Shown here in pieces: positions 28,617 through 37,876 of a stretch of DNA of 64,000 bases. The notes below the pieces were generated by a model. It saw nothing but the letters and a program-made list of their open reading frames with translations. It ran no database searches and was not told the origin of the DNA. Source of the stretch: Planctomycetaceae bacterium (GTDB lineage Bacteria; Planctomycetota; Planctomycetia; Pirellulales; UBA1268); assembly GCA_021300535.1 (NCBI GenBank), contig JAJTED010000003.1:13950-77949 (forward strand), in the 5' to 3' direction. Position 1 is the stretch's first letter; every line of letters starts with the position of its first letter. The position numbers and the translations under genes were made by a program.

Positions 28617-30044
28617 ATGAGCGATATGCCACCCCTGGAATACTTTCCCGTCATCGACGTCGGCCCGCTCATGAAGGGGCTCGTGATCGGCGGCCTGGGC
28701 ATCTTCCACGTCTTTCTCGCCCAGTTCGCCATCGGCGGGGGCATGCTGCTCTGCTACCTGCAGTGGCTCCACATGCGGGGTGCTTGCCGGCTGGCCCGCC
28801 GATTCGCCGACGACTACTTCAAGGTGCTCGTGCTCGTGAGCTTCGTGCTCGGCGCCGTTACGGGCGTGGCGATGTGGTTTACGAGCATTCAGGTCAGCCC
28901 CCGCACGATCGCCACGATGGTGCGGGAGTTCCACTGGGTGTGGGCCACCGAGTGGACGTTCTTCTGCCTGGAGGTCGTGGCCGGGTATCTCTTCTACCGC
29001 TACGGGCCGCGGCTCACCGACCCGGCGCGGCTGCAGCTGCTCCTGCTCTACTCGGGCGCCTCGTGGATGAGCCTGTTCTGGATCAACGGGATCCTGTCCT
29101 GGCAGCTGACCCCCGGCGGCTGGCTGGAATCGCACGACGTGTGGGCCGGGTTTTTCAATCCTGGATTCCTGCCCTCGCTCATTTTTCGCACGATCTCCGC
29201 GGCGGCGATCGCGGCGCTGGCAGCCTGCGTGCTCGTCAACGCGGTGGGGGGGTTTTCCCGCGAGGAGCGGCACGAGCTGGTGGCCGTGTGTGCCCGGCCG
29301 CTGGTCGCCATGCTGGCGATGCCGTTGGTGGGGGCCTGGTATCTGGCGACCATGCCCGCCGACAGCCGCGGCTGGACGACGGGCGGCAGCGTGCCGATGA
29401 CGCTGTTTCTCACGATGGCCGTGGGTAGTTCGACGCTTGTCGGCCTGTACGCGGTCGTGGCCATCCTGCGCCAGCGGTTGTGCGTCAACGGCGCCACCGC
29501 CACGCTGCTGCTGGCCCTGGCGTTCGCCGCCACGGCCGGGGGCGAGTTCGTGCGCGAAGGCGTGCGGAAGCCGTTCACGATTCGTGAGTATCTCTACTCC
29601 AACTCGATCGCCCGCGACGGGATCGGGCAGCTCCGGCAGAGGGGCTGTGCCACCGACGACCCCTATCCGCTGCGGGATGCGGCGGCGTATCCCAACGCCC
29701 AGCTCGCCCTCGGCGCGAAGGTGTTTCGGGTCCAGTGCTCCGTGTGCCATACGCTCGAGGGCATGAACGCCGTGTGCGAGCTGGCGGCGACCTGGTCGAT
29801 CGACCAGCGGCGGCTCAACATCGCGCAGCTCCAGCGGACGAAGCCCTTCATGCCGCCCTTCGCCGGCACGCCGGCGGAGGTCGAGGCGGTCGTGCAACTG
29901 ATCGGCTGGATCCGGGCCGGCAGGCCTCCGGACTGGGAGGAGGCGCACGATGCCGCGGTGCTCGCGCAGATCGGTCGCTGGCTCGACGAGGCGGGCACGG
30001 GCCCTGGTGACGCGCGACTTGCCGCAACGGGGCCACTGCGATGA
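28617..30044 (+). CDS. Cytochrome bd subunit I-like membrane protein fused to cytochrome c
   Basis: FHVFLAQFAIGGG, GAVTGVAMW, FHWVWATEW, EFVREGVRKP, C-terminal CSVCH and FMPPF. Confidence 0.8.
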   Translation: MSDMPPLEYFPVIDVGPLMKGLVIGGLGIFHVFLAQFAIGGGMLLCYLQWLHMRGACRLARRFADDYFKVLVLVSFVLGAVTGVAMWFTSIQVSPRTIATMVREFHWVWATEWTFFCLEVVAGYLFYRYGPRLTDPARLQLLLLYSGASWMSLFWINGILSWQLTPGGWLESHDVWAGFFNPGFLPSLIFRTISAAAIAALAACVLVNAVGGFSREERHELVAVCARPLVAMLAMPLVGAWYLATMPADSRGWTTGGSVPMTLFLTMAVGSSTLVGLYAVVAILRQRLCVNGATATLLLALAFAATAGGEFVREGVRKPFTIREYLYSNSIARDGIGQLRQRGCATDDPYPLRDAAAYPNAQLALGAKVFRVQCSVCHTLEGMNAVCELAATWSIDQRRLNIAQLQRTKPFMPPFAGTPAEVEAVVQLIGWIRAGRPPDWEEAHDAAVLAQIGRWLDEAGTGPGDARLAATGPLR

Positions 30045-31174
30045 ACGCGGCCCTTCCCTTCGGCCTGCCCGGTGCCACCGCCTTCTATCTCGCGCTCTAC
30101 CTGGCGACCTTCGTGGTGCACATGGTGTTCATGCACTACGTGCTGGCCGGAGCGACGTATCTCGCCTGCGGGCGGTTGCTGGGAAAAGCCCGCTGTGCGG
30201 CCTGTGAGTGGCAGGGGATCCTGCTCGACTGGCTGCCGTTTGCCACGGGGCTGGCCATCACGGCCGGAGTGGCACCGCTGTTGTTCGTCCAGATGCTCTA
30301 CGGCCGGGAGTTCGCCACGGCCAATCTGCTGCTTTCGCATCGCTGGATGGCGATCCTGCCGGTGCTGATTGTCTGCTTCTACCTGCTCTACCTGCAAAAA
30401 TCGGCCTGGATCAGCAGGCGCCAGTGGGTCTGGCGGCCGCTCGTCTCCGTCGCCGTTTGCGCAGGATTCCTGTTCATCGCCCTGAGCTGGACGGAGAATC
30501 ACCTGCTCATGCTCGACCAGGCGGCGTGGCCGCGGCTGTATGAATCCGGAGGCCTGCGGTACGAATCCGCCGGCCTCCTGCCGCGGCTGGCCGCCTGGTT
30601 TTTCCTGGCATTTCCAAGCCTGGCGATCGAGCTGGCATGGCAGGGCAGGCTCACCGGCGTCGGCACCCACGCCGTCCCGCAGCCCACCGCGGCGGTGGCG
30701 GGGCTGTCGCCGGTGAGACGGCTGGCCCTGACGGCCGGTGCCGGGTTGGTCGGTTGCGTGACCGCTGCGGTGCTCTACTGGTCGACGCTTTCGGCTGCCG
30801 TCCGGGCCGCCGTGGCGGGGCCACTGGCCGGTCCGTGGCTGGCCATCCTCGGCGGGGCGGTGGCCGTGCAGGCAGCAGTCTGGTTCATTGCGGCGATCCG
30901 TGGCCGGCTGTCGTGGCCCCTGCTGGTCGCGGCGACCGCCGGCTGGATCGTCGGCCTCGTCGCCGTCGCGGTCGTTCGCGAAGCGATCCGCCTCACTGCC
31001 GTCGATCTTGCCGCGTCGGCCGCATCCCATGCCGCGGCGCTCCGGATCGGGGGATTGCCGGTATTCCTGGTGTTTGCGGTGCTCAACGCCGCAGCCATCA
31101 TCTGGTGCATCTATCTCGTCCGCATGACGACACACTCGCCAATGAAGGACAAGGTCATCGATCGAGGCGGGTAG
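30041..31174 (+). CDS. CydA'-like polytopic membrane partner
   Basis: TFVVHMVFMHYVL, AITAGVAPLLFVQ, REAIR; translationally coupled to the upstream gene. Confidence 0.65.
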   Translation: MNAALPFGLPGATAFYLALYLATFVVHMVFMHYVLAGATYLACGRLLGKARCAACEWQGILLDWLPFATGLAITAGVAPLLFVQMLYGREFATANLLLSHRWMAILPVLIVCFYLLYLQKSAWISRRQWVWRPLVSVAVCAGFLFIALSWTENHLLMLDQAAWPRLYESGGLRYESAGLLPRLAAWFFLAFPSLAIELAWQGRLTGVGTHAVPQPTAAVAGLSPVRRLALTAGAGLVGCVTAAVLYWSTLSAAVRAAVAGPLAGPWLAILGGAVAVQAAVWFIAAIRGRLSWPLLVAATAGWIVGLVAVAVVREAIRLTAVDLAASAASHAAALRIGGLPVFLVFAVLNAAAIIWCIYLVRMTTHSPMKDKVIDRGG

Positions 31175-31234
31175 TCGGGACGAAGGCACCTCGCGACGAA
31201 ACGCCGCGGAGCATGCGAACGTCCCGCACGGGAT

Positions 31235-32422
31235 TCAGACCCTCCCGCGGAGCATGCCGTACCAGTAGAGCCGCGGCAGCACCTGTGTTTTCAGAAGCCA
31301 CATGCTGTAGCGCTCCTTCGACTGGTCGATGGGAAACGATTCCTTCGGCTTGTTGTCGTAGTCGAACTCGGCGAGCACCATCCGGCCGTAGCCAGTGACC
31401 ACCGGGCACGACGTGTAGCCGTCATAGGCCGCATCGCACGGCTTCCCCCCCATTGCAGCAAGCAGGTTATGCACGAGCACCGGCGCCTGCTTGCGGATCG
31501 CGGCGCCGGTCTTCGAGGTGGGCAGGCCCGCCGCGTCGCCCAGGGCGAAGACGTCGGGATAGGTCGGGTGTCGCAGCGTGAACTTGTCGGCCGCGCACCA
31601 GCCCTGCTCGTTGGCGAGCGGGCTGCGCTTGATCACGTCGGGGGCGCTCATCGGCGGTGTCACATGGATCATGTCGTAGGAGACGACGCTCCGCTCGTGG
31701 GTGTCGAGATGCTCGAGGACCGCCTCGTGGGCGTCGGGTCGCAGTTCGACGAGATTCTGGCGGAACCGGGCGTCGATGCCTTTGCGGGCCACGACCTGCT
31801 CGAGCGTCTTGCGATACTTCTCCACCGCGAAGATCGCCTTGGCCGGGGAGGCGAACACGATCTGCGTGCGGTCGCGCACCCCCTGGCGTCGAAACGCGTC
31901 ATCGGCGAGATACATGATCTTTTGGGGCGCGCCGCCGCACTTCACGGCCGTGTTGGGCACGGTGAAGAGGGCCGTGCCTCCTTTGAAGCCGCGGATCGTC
32001 TCCCAGGTGTAGGCGACGTGCTCGAAGGAATAGTTGCTGCAGATGCCGCGGGTGCCGATGCCCCCGGCGAGGCCCGGGATCGCCGTCCAGTCGATCTGGA
32101 TGCCCAAGGCGACGACGAGCCAATCGTAGGTGAGCCGTCGGCCCGAGGCCGTGGCGACCGCCTTCTGGTCGGGCAGGATCTCGGTCACGCGGTCCCGGAT
32201 CCAGTCGACCCCGGCGGGGATGAAGTCGGCCTCCTGGCGGCGACTGGCCTCCGGCGGGAAAACGCCGGCCCCCACGAGCGTCCAGAGCGGCTGGTAGAAG
32301 TGGCTCTCGGAGGGCTCGACGATCCCGATGTCGAGGCGGGCGGCGGCCCTCCGCAGCCGGGCGGCCACGGTGATTCCGGCGGTGCCGCCCCCAAGAATAA
32401 GGACGCGATGGTGGTCAGGCAT
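31235..32422 (-). CDS. sqr: Sulfide:quinone oxidoreductase
   Basis: GGGTAG, HFYQPLWTLVG, VKCGGAPQK, YDGYTSCP, LAEFDY. Confidence 0.88.
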   Translation of the reverse strand: MPDHHRVLILGGGTAGITVAARLRRAAARLDIGIVEPSESHFYQPLWTLVGAGVFPPEASRRQEADFIPAGVDWIRDRVTEILPDQKAVATASGRRLTYDWLVVALGIQIDWTAIPGLAGGIGTRGICSNYSFEHVAYTWETIRGFKGGTALFTVPNTAVKCGGAPQKIMYLADDAFRRQGVRDRTQIVFASPAKAIFAVEKYRKTLEQVVARKGIDARFRQNLVELRPDAHEAVLEHLDTHERSVVSYDMIHVTPPMSAPDVIKRSPLANEQGWCAADKFTLRHPTYPDVFALGDAAGLPTSKTGAAIRKQAPVLVHNLLAAMGGKPCDAAYDGYTSCPVVTGYGRMVLAEFDYDNKPKESFPIDQSKERYSMWLLKTQVLPRLYWYGMLRGRV

Positions 32423-32511
32423 GGCTGTCGATGCTCCGTTGGGATACGTCGAGTATATATCGACTCATCGCGATATTTCCATTACTGTTGTGGCCCCGCT
32501 GGAAAAACTCA

Positions 32512-32539
32512 TTGACACATCGGAATGTTCCGATATGAT
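32512..32539 (+). promoter_or_regulatory. Sigma70-type promoter with a palindromic ArsR-type operator
   Basis: TTGACA-16 bp-TATGAT, with ATCGGAA-TG-TTCCGAT (32519-32534) in the spacer. Confidence 0.65.
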
Positions 32540-32605
32540 TCCCAGGCGCTGGGAGTTCCGGCGCGAGTTCAGGCCCCCCAGCCCGCCACCGTCAGAGCCG
32601 TGGTC

Positions 32606-32959
32606 ATGGTCGACACGAAGCGCAAACCCGCCCGTCCGCCGAAGCTCACGAGCCTCGAAAACCTGGGCCAGGCGGCCGAATGCCTGAAGACCCTCGCCCA
32701 TCCCCACCGGCTCCGCATCGTGCAGATGCTGCTCGGCGGCCGCTACACGGTGGGCGAATTGGCCGAGGCTTGCGAGATTCCGAGCCACATGGCTTCCGAG
32801 CACCTGCGGCTGATGCAGCGGTGCGGCTTCCTCGACGTGGAGAAGGAGGGGCGGTGTGTCTATTACACGATCGCCGAGCCCCACCTCGCCAGCATCATGG
32901 CCTGCATCGAGTCCCGCTTCGGCGGCCCGAAGTCCCAGCGAACCGGGGTGTCCACCTAG
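32606..32959 (+). CDS. ArsR/SmtB-family repressor (BigR/SqrR-like)
   Basis: AECLKTLAHPHRLRI, SEHLRLM, IMACIE. Confidence 0.85.
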   Translation: MVDTKRKPARPPKLTSLENLGQAAECLKTLAHPHRLRIVQMLLGGRYTVGELAEACEIPSHMASEHLRLMQRCGFLDVEKEGRCVYYTIAEPHLASIMACIESRFGGPKSQRTGVST

Positions 32960-33061
32960 GCGTCGTGCCGCTACGGTCCCGCTGCCGGTTTCAAAACGTA
33001 TCGTAATATCACGACACCGCGACTCAAGTGATTCGTTCCTGACCCCACGGAGGATGATTTC

Positions 33062-34021
33062 ATGGTTGCCACGATTTCCCCGACGACGCTCGCCGATCTT
33101 CGCCGCAAGGGCGACAAGTTGACCCTCATCGACGTCCGCACGCCCGCCGAGTTCGGCGAGGTGCATGTCGATTTCGCCCACAACATCCCGCTCGACCGGC
33201 TCGATGCACAGGCCGTGACGTCGCTCGCAGGCAGTGGGCCCGTGTACTTCGTCTGCAAGTCGGGCACCCGCAGTCAGAAGGCCTGCGAAAAGCTGCTCGC
33301 CGCGGGCATCAAGGACGTGGTCAGTGTCGAAGGGGGCACGGCCGCCTGCGAGGCTGCCGGGGTGCCGGTCGTCCGCGGCCGCAAGGTGATGTCGCTCGAA
33401 CGGCAGGTGCGGATCGCCGCCGGCGCGCTCGTCGCCGTCGGTGCGGCGCTGGCCGCCTTCGGCCCGGAATCGCCGGTCAACTGGCAGGCGATCGGCGCGG
33501 GCTTGGCCGGCTTCGTGGGCTGCGGCCTCGTGTTCGCCGGGATCACCGATACCTGCGGCATGGCGATGCTGATCGCCCGTATGCCGTGGAACCAGGCGTC
33601 GGGTGGGGCCTGCCGTACGGCCACGACCTGTTCCCGCGCCATCCTGCTCGGGCTCGTGCTCGGAGCGGCGTCCGGCACTGCGGTCGCCGAGCACACGAAG
33701 GACTCGCTCGACGTCGTGAAGCAGGCCGTGCGCGAGCAGAAAGCGGTGATCATCGACGTGCGCGAGCCGGATGAGTGGCAGCAGGGACATCTGGCCGGGG
33801 CCGGCCTGCTTCCGTTGAGCGTGCTCGAGCGCGGCGTGCCCCCGCAGGAACTCGCGAAGACCCTGCCCAAGGACAAGGTCATCTACTGCTACTGCCTCGC
33901 GGGCGGCCGCTGCGCCGAGGCCGCCGCGATCCTCAAGCCGCTCGGGTACGACGTCCGGGCGATCAAGCCCGGCTATCCGCAGCTCGTGAAGGCCGGCTTT
34001 CCTGCCGTCGTCGGCAAGTGA
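33062..34021 (+). CDS. Rhodanese-DUF2892-rhodanese sulfurtransferase
   Basis: IDVRTPAEF..CKSGTRS, SLERQVRIAAG, GITDTCGM, second domain IDVREPDEW..CLAGGR. Confidence 0.85.
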   Translation: MVATISPTTLADLRRKGDKLTLIDVRTPAEFGEVHVDFAHNIPLDRLDAQAVTSLAGSGPVYFVCKSGTRSQKACEKLLAAGIKDVVSVEGGTAACEAAGVPVVRGRKVMSLERQVRIAAGALVAVGAALAAFGPESPVNWQAIGAGLAGFVGCGLVFAGITDTCGMAMLIARMPWNQASGGACRTATTCSRAILLGLVLGAASGTAVAEHTKDSLDVVKQAVREQKAVIIDVREPDEWQQGHLAGAGLLPLSVLERGVPPQELAKTLPKDKVIYCYCLAGGRCAEAAAILKPLGYDVRAIKPGYPQLVKAGFPAVVGK

Positions 34022-34064
34022 CGCGCCGGCTACCCGTTCCCCCAACATCACTGGAGACATCGCC

Positions 34065-35468
34065 ATGAAGATCCAGCAGTATTACCTCGCATGCCTGTCG
34101 CACGCGTCGTACATGATCACCGACGAGAAGACGAAGACGGCCGCGGTGGTCGATCCCCAGCGCGACATCGATCAATACCTCGCCGACGCCAAGGCCGGCG
34201 GGTACACGATCAAGCACGTCTTCCTCACGCACTTCCACGCCGACTTCATCGCCGGGCACATCGAGCTGCGCGACAAGGCCGGGGCGACGATCCACCTCGG
34301 CCGGCAGGCGGAGGCGGAATTCGAATGCGTCCACATGAAGGACGGTGACATCGTCGAGTTCGGCGACGTGAAGCTTGAGATCATGGAGACGCCGGGCCAC
34401 ACGCCGGAAGGCATCTCGATCCTCGTCTACGACCTGGCGAAGAGCCGCACCGAGCCGCTGGCCGTGCTCACCGGCGACACGCTCTTCATCGGCGATGTGG
34501 GCCGGCCCGACCTGCTGGCGAGCATCGGCGTGACCGCCGACGAACTGGCCGACATGCTCTACGACAGCATCACCAACAAGCTTGTGAAGCTGCCCGACGC
34601 CACGCTCGTCTATCCGGCCCACGGGGCGGGCAGCATGTGCGGCAAGAGCCTGTCGAAGGAGACGGTCTCCACAATCGGCGAGCAGAAGAAGTTCAATTAC
34701 GCCCTCCAGCCGATGAGCCGCGAGGCGTTCAAGGCGATCGTCACGGCTGACCAACCGGAGGCGCCGGACTACTTCGTGCACGACGCGATTCTCAACCGCA
34801 AGGAGCGGGCATCGCTCGGCGCGGCGATGGAGAAGACACTCAAGCCGCTGTCGCTCGACGAGGTGCTCGCGCTCGAAAAGTCGGACGGCCAGCTGCTCGA
34901 CGTCCGCGACGGCATCGACTTCGAAGGGGGGCACCTGAAGGGATCCCTCAACATCGCCTTGAACGGCAAGTATGCGACCTGGGCGGGATCGATGCTCTCT
35001 CATGACAGGCCGATCGTCGTGATCGCCGAGGAAGGTGGCGAGGAAGAAGCCGTGATGCGGCTCGGCCGGATCGGCTTCGACAACGTTGCGGGCTACCTCG
35101 CCGGCGGCATGAACGCCCTGGCAAAGCGAGACGATCTCGTGGAGCGGACGGCGCGGATCACCGCGCCGGCCCTCGGCGAATGGCTCGCCGGAAAGCGGCC
35201 CGACGCCGGTGCGGCGCCGATCGTCGTGGACGTGCGGAGCGAGGCGGAGCATGCAGGCGGGCATATCGCAGGGAGCCTCAACATCCCGCTCACGCATCTC
35301 GACGAACGAATGAGTGAGATCCCGGCCGGCCGGCCCGTGGCCGTGCACTGTGAAGGAGGCTACCGCTCCGCGATCGCCGCAAGCCTGCTGCAGAAGCTGG
35401 GCCGCCGTGACGTGCACGACATCGTGGGCGGTTACAAGGCCTGGCTCGCCGCGAAGCTCCCCGCATGA
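34065..35468 (+). CDS. MBL-fold hydrolase with two rhodanese domains (persulfide dioxygenase/CstB-like)
   Basis: THFHADF, TPGHTPE, GDTLFIGDVGRPDL, PAHGAGSMCG, CEGGYRS. Confidence 0.88.
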   Translation: MKIQQYYLACLSHASYMITDEKTKTAAVVDPQRDIDQYLADAKAGGYTIKHVFLTHFHADFIAGHIELRDKAGATIHLGRQAEAEFECVHMKDGDIVEFGDVKLEIMETPGHTPEGISILVYDLAKSRTEPLAVLTGDTLFIGDVGRPDLLASIGVTADELADMLYDSITNKLVKLPDATLVYPAHGAGSMCGKSLSKETVSTIGEQKKFNYALQPMSREAFKAIVTADQPEAPDYFVHDAILNRKERASLGAAMEKTLKPLSLDEVLALEKSDGQLLDVRDGIDFEGGHLKGSLNIALNGKYATWAGSMLSHDRPIVVIAEEGGEEEAVMRLGRIGFDNVAGYLAGGMNALAKRDDLVERTARITAPALGEWLAGKRPDAGAAPIVVDVRSEAEHAGGHIAGSLNIPLTHLDERMSEIPAGRPVAVHCEGGYRSAIAASLLQKLGRRDVHDIVGGYKAWLAAKLPA

Positions 35469-36343
35469 TCGCCTCCCTCCTGGCGACCATCGACGCCGTT
35501 GCGGTCACGACTCCCCCCACGTGGGCAGCGGCGGCGTCGGTGGCGGCCGGTGGCATCGTCGGCCTGTCGCTCGGCCTCACCGGCGGCGGCGGCGCGATCT
35601 TCGCCGTGCCGCTGCTCGTCTACTGGATCGGCGTCGATCCGCGGACGGCCGTGAGCATCTCGCTCGTCACGGTGGCGGCGACGGCGCTCTTCGGTGCAGT
35701 CGAGCGGTGGTGGTATGGCCAGGTCGAAGTTCGCACGGGGCTGCTCTTCGCGGCGGCTGGGATGCTGACCGCTCCGGCCGGCAGCTGGCTCGGCGGGCAC
35801 GTGCCGCCGCAGACACTCATGGCCGCGTTTGCGGGACTCATGCTGCTGATCGCCGCCAGGATGTGGCGCAAGGCGGCGGATCGCACCGAGAGGGCGGCGG
35901 CCGGGGTGTTTGCCACGGGGGTCGGCCCGACCTGCAGTCGCGATGCCGAGGGCCGGCTGCGGATGACCACGCGCTGCTTCGTGCTCCTCACGCTCGTCGG
36001 GCTCTTGGTCGGGCTGCTCTCCGGCCTGTTCGGTGTCGGGGGCGGGTTCCTGATCGTGCCGGCGCTCGTCGCCTTCGCCACGATGGACGTGTTTCGCGCG
36101 GTCGGCACGTCGCTCTTCGTGATGACGCTCGTGGGCGCCGCGGCCGTAGCCGCCCAGGTTGCCGCCGGTCGCAGCATTCCGCTCGACATCGCCGGCAGCT
36201 TCGTGGGGGGCGGTGTCCCCGCCCTGTTCGTCGGCTCGTGGATCGGCCGCAAGATCGGCGGCCCGACGCTCGCCCGTGTGTTCGCCGTGGCGATCGTCAT
36301 CGTCGCGGCCTTCATCATCTTCAAGACGTTCCTTCGCTTCTGA
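35465..36343 (+). CDS. TauE/SafE sulfite exporter
   Basis: GLTGGGGAIFAVP, GLFGVGGGFLIVP, AVGTSL. Confidence 0.88.
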   Translation: MIASLLATIDAVAVTTPPTWAAAASVAAGGIVGLSLGLTGGGGAIFAVPLLVYWIGVDPRTAVSISLVTVAATALFGAVERWWYGQVEVRTGLLFAAAGMLTAPAGSWLGGHVPPQTLMAAFAGLMLLIAARMWRKAADRTERAAAGVFATGVGPTCSRDAEGRLRMTTRCFVLLTLVGLLVGLLSGLFGVGGGFLIVPALVAFATMDVFRAVGTSLFVMTLVGAAAVAAQVAAGRSIPLDIAGSFVGGGVPALFVGSWIGRKIGGPTLARVFAVAIVIVAAFIIFKTFLRF

Positions 36344-36372
36344 TCGCCTCGTATCCCCAGGAGAGAACACTG

Positions 36373-36948
36373 ATGAGTTCTTTGCATCGCCGCCTCCCAT
36401 TCGTACTCCTCGCCGTCGTCTATGCCTCGCTCGTCACGTCTTTGTCTCCAGCGGCGGAACCGGGCGCCGGGCTGCCGTCCCTCCAGTTTCCGCAGATCGA
36501 AAAGTATGGTTCGGTCGTCGCGCTGCCGGACGCCGGCGAGCGGATCCGAAGTGGAGGAAAGATCTACTTCGACACAACGGCGGCGGCACCGGCCGGCAAA
36601 CCGAATCGGGGGCTTGAGAGTGCAGCCCGCCTGGTCAACCTCCATGCCCTCCAGGGCCTGTCGGGCCCACGGCCCCAGATTGCCGTGATTCTCCATTTCA
36701 ACGCGACCGTGGCGGCGCTCAAGGACGAAGCCCATGAGAAGTCCCCAGCCGGCGGCTCCAATCCGAACCGCGAACTGGTCGAAAAACTGGTTGCCAATGG
36801 CGTGGAAGTGTGGGTGTGCGGCCAGTCTGTCATTCGTGGCGGCAATCCGCTGTCGGACGTGCTGCCCGGCATCCGCATCGCGCAGTCCGCCATGACGTTC
36901 AACATCAACCGCCCCGCCGACGGCTGGACCGCGATCGGCGTCTACTGA
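36373..36948 (+). CDS. Secreted DsrE-family protein
   Basis: Signal peptide, ARLVNLH, NPNRELV, VWVCGQS. Confidence 0.8.
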   Translation: MSSLHRRLPFVLLAVVYASLVTSLSPAAEPGAGLPSLQFPQIEKYGSVVALPDAGERIRSGGKIYFDTTAAAPAGKPNRGLESAARLVNLHALQGLSGPRPQIAVILHFNATVAALKDEAHEKSPAGGSNPNRELVEKLVANGVEVWVCGQSVIRGGNPLSDVLPGIRIAQSAMTFNINRPADGWTAIGVY

Positions 36949-36959
36949 CCGGAAGCCAC

Positions 36960-37763
36960 ATGCCGACAAGCCGAGGGCTGCGACACGCGATCGTGCTGGC
37001 AACGCTGATTGCCGGATCGCCGGCCCGCGGTCAGGAGCTTCAGGAGCTCGATACCGACCGCGATGCATTCACCCCCGCCACACGGCCTGTGGCGGTGGGC
37101 CACGTGCTCACGGAGGCCTCCTACTCGTTCATCGACAACCGCGGCACACCGGCCACGAACAGCTTTCCGGAACTGCTCATTCGCCGCGGGGCCACCGAGC
37201 GTTTCGAGTGGCGGCTCGGTTTCAATTACGAATCGGGCTCGGGAGGCAGTGTCGTGACGGCCGTCGAGGGGGGCGAGGGCGTCGAGGGAGACGAACTCGC
37301 CTCGGAGTCGAACATCCTCTACGGCTTCAAGGCGCTGGTGACTGAGCAGGGCGGTTGGGCGCCGCGATCGAGCGTGATCGTCGAGGCGTTCACGCCGCTC
37401 TCGGGTGATGTGTGGGGCACGGAGCCGGCGATCACCTATGCGTTCGGCTGGGAGTTGCCGCGCACATGGCGGCTGGACGCCGCGATCCGCTACGTGCTTG
37501 CCGACAGCGCGGAGGGGCTCTTCGACAAGTGGTTGCCCTCGGCCGTGCTCCGCATGCCGGTCACCGAACGCTGGGAGGTTCACGCCGAGTGGTTCGGCAG
37601 TTGGACCGACGGCCTCGAGGACGAGAAAGTACGGCCCTTCGTGGGCCCCGGCACGCACTTCATGATCACGCCCAGCCTCGAGATCGGCTGCCGCATGGGC
37701 TGGGGCCTCACTCAGGATGCGGCGGCGTACTTCGTGGACTCTGGCCTCGGGTGGCGGTTCTGA
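36960..37763 (+). CDS. Putative outer-membrane beta-barrel/transporter
   Basis: Signal peptide, LDTDRDAFTP, C-terminal GLGWRF. Confidence 0.7.
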   Translation: MPTSRGLRHAIVLATLIAGSPARGQELQELDTDRDAFTPATRPVAVGHVLTEASYSFIDNRGTPATNSFPELLIRRGATERFEWRLGFNYESGSGGSVVTAVEGGEGVEGDELASESNILYGFKALVTEQGGWAPRSSVIVEAFTPLSGDVWGTEPAITYAFGWELPRTWRLDAAIRYVLADSAEGLFDKWLPSAVLRMPVTERWEVHAEWFGSWTDGLEDEKVRPFVGPGTHFMITPSLEIGCRMGWGLTQDAAAYFVDSGLGWRF

Positions 37764-37876
37764 AGTTCGCCGCACCCCTGCATGGATGCGACGCAATCCG
37801 TGCGGCCGTGCCCGCACGACTCCCGGTTGGCGTGGAGCCCCAGACGCCGCACTGGACTCGACAGTTGGCCGGCAAA

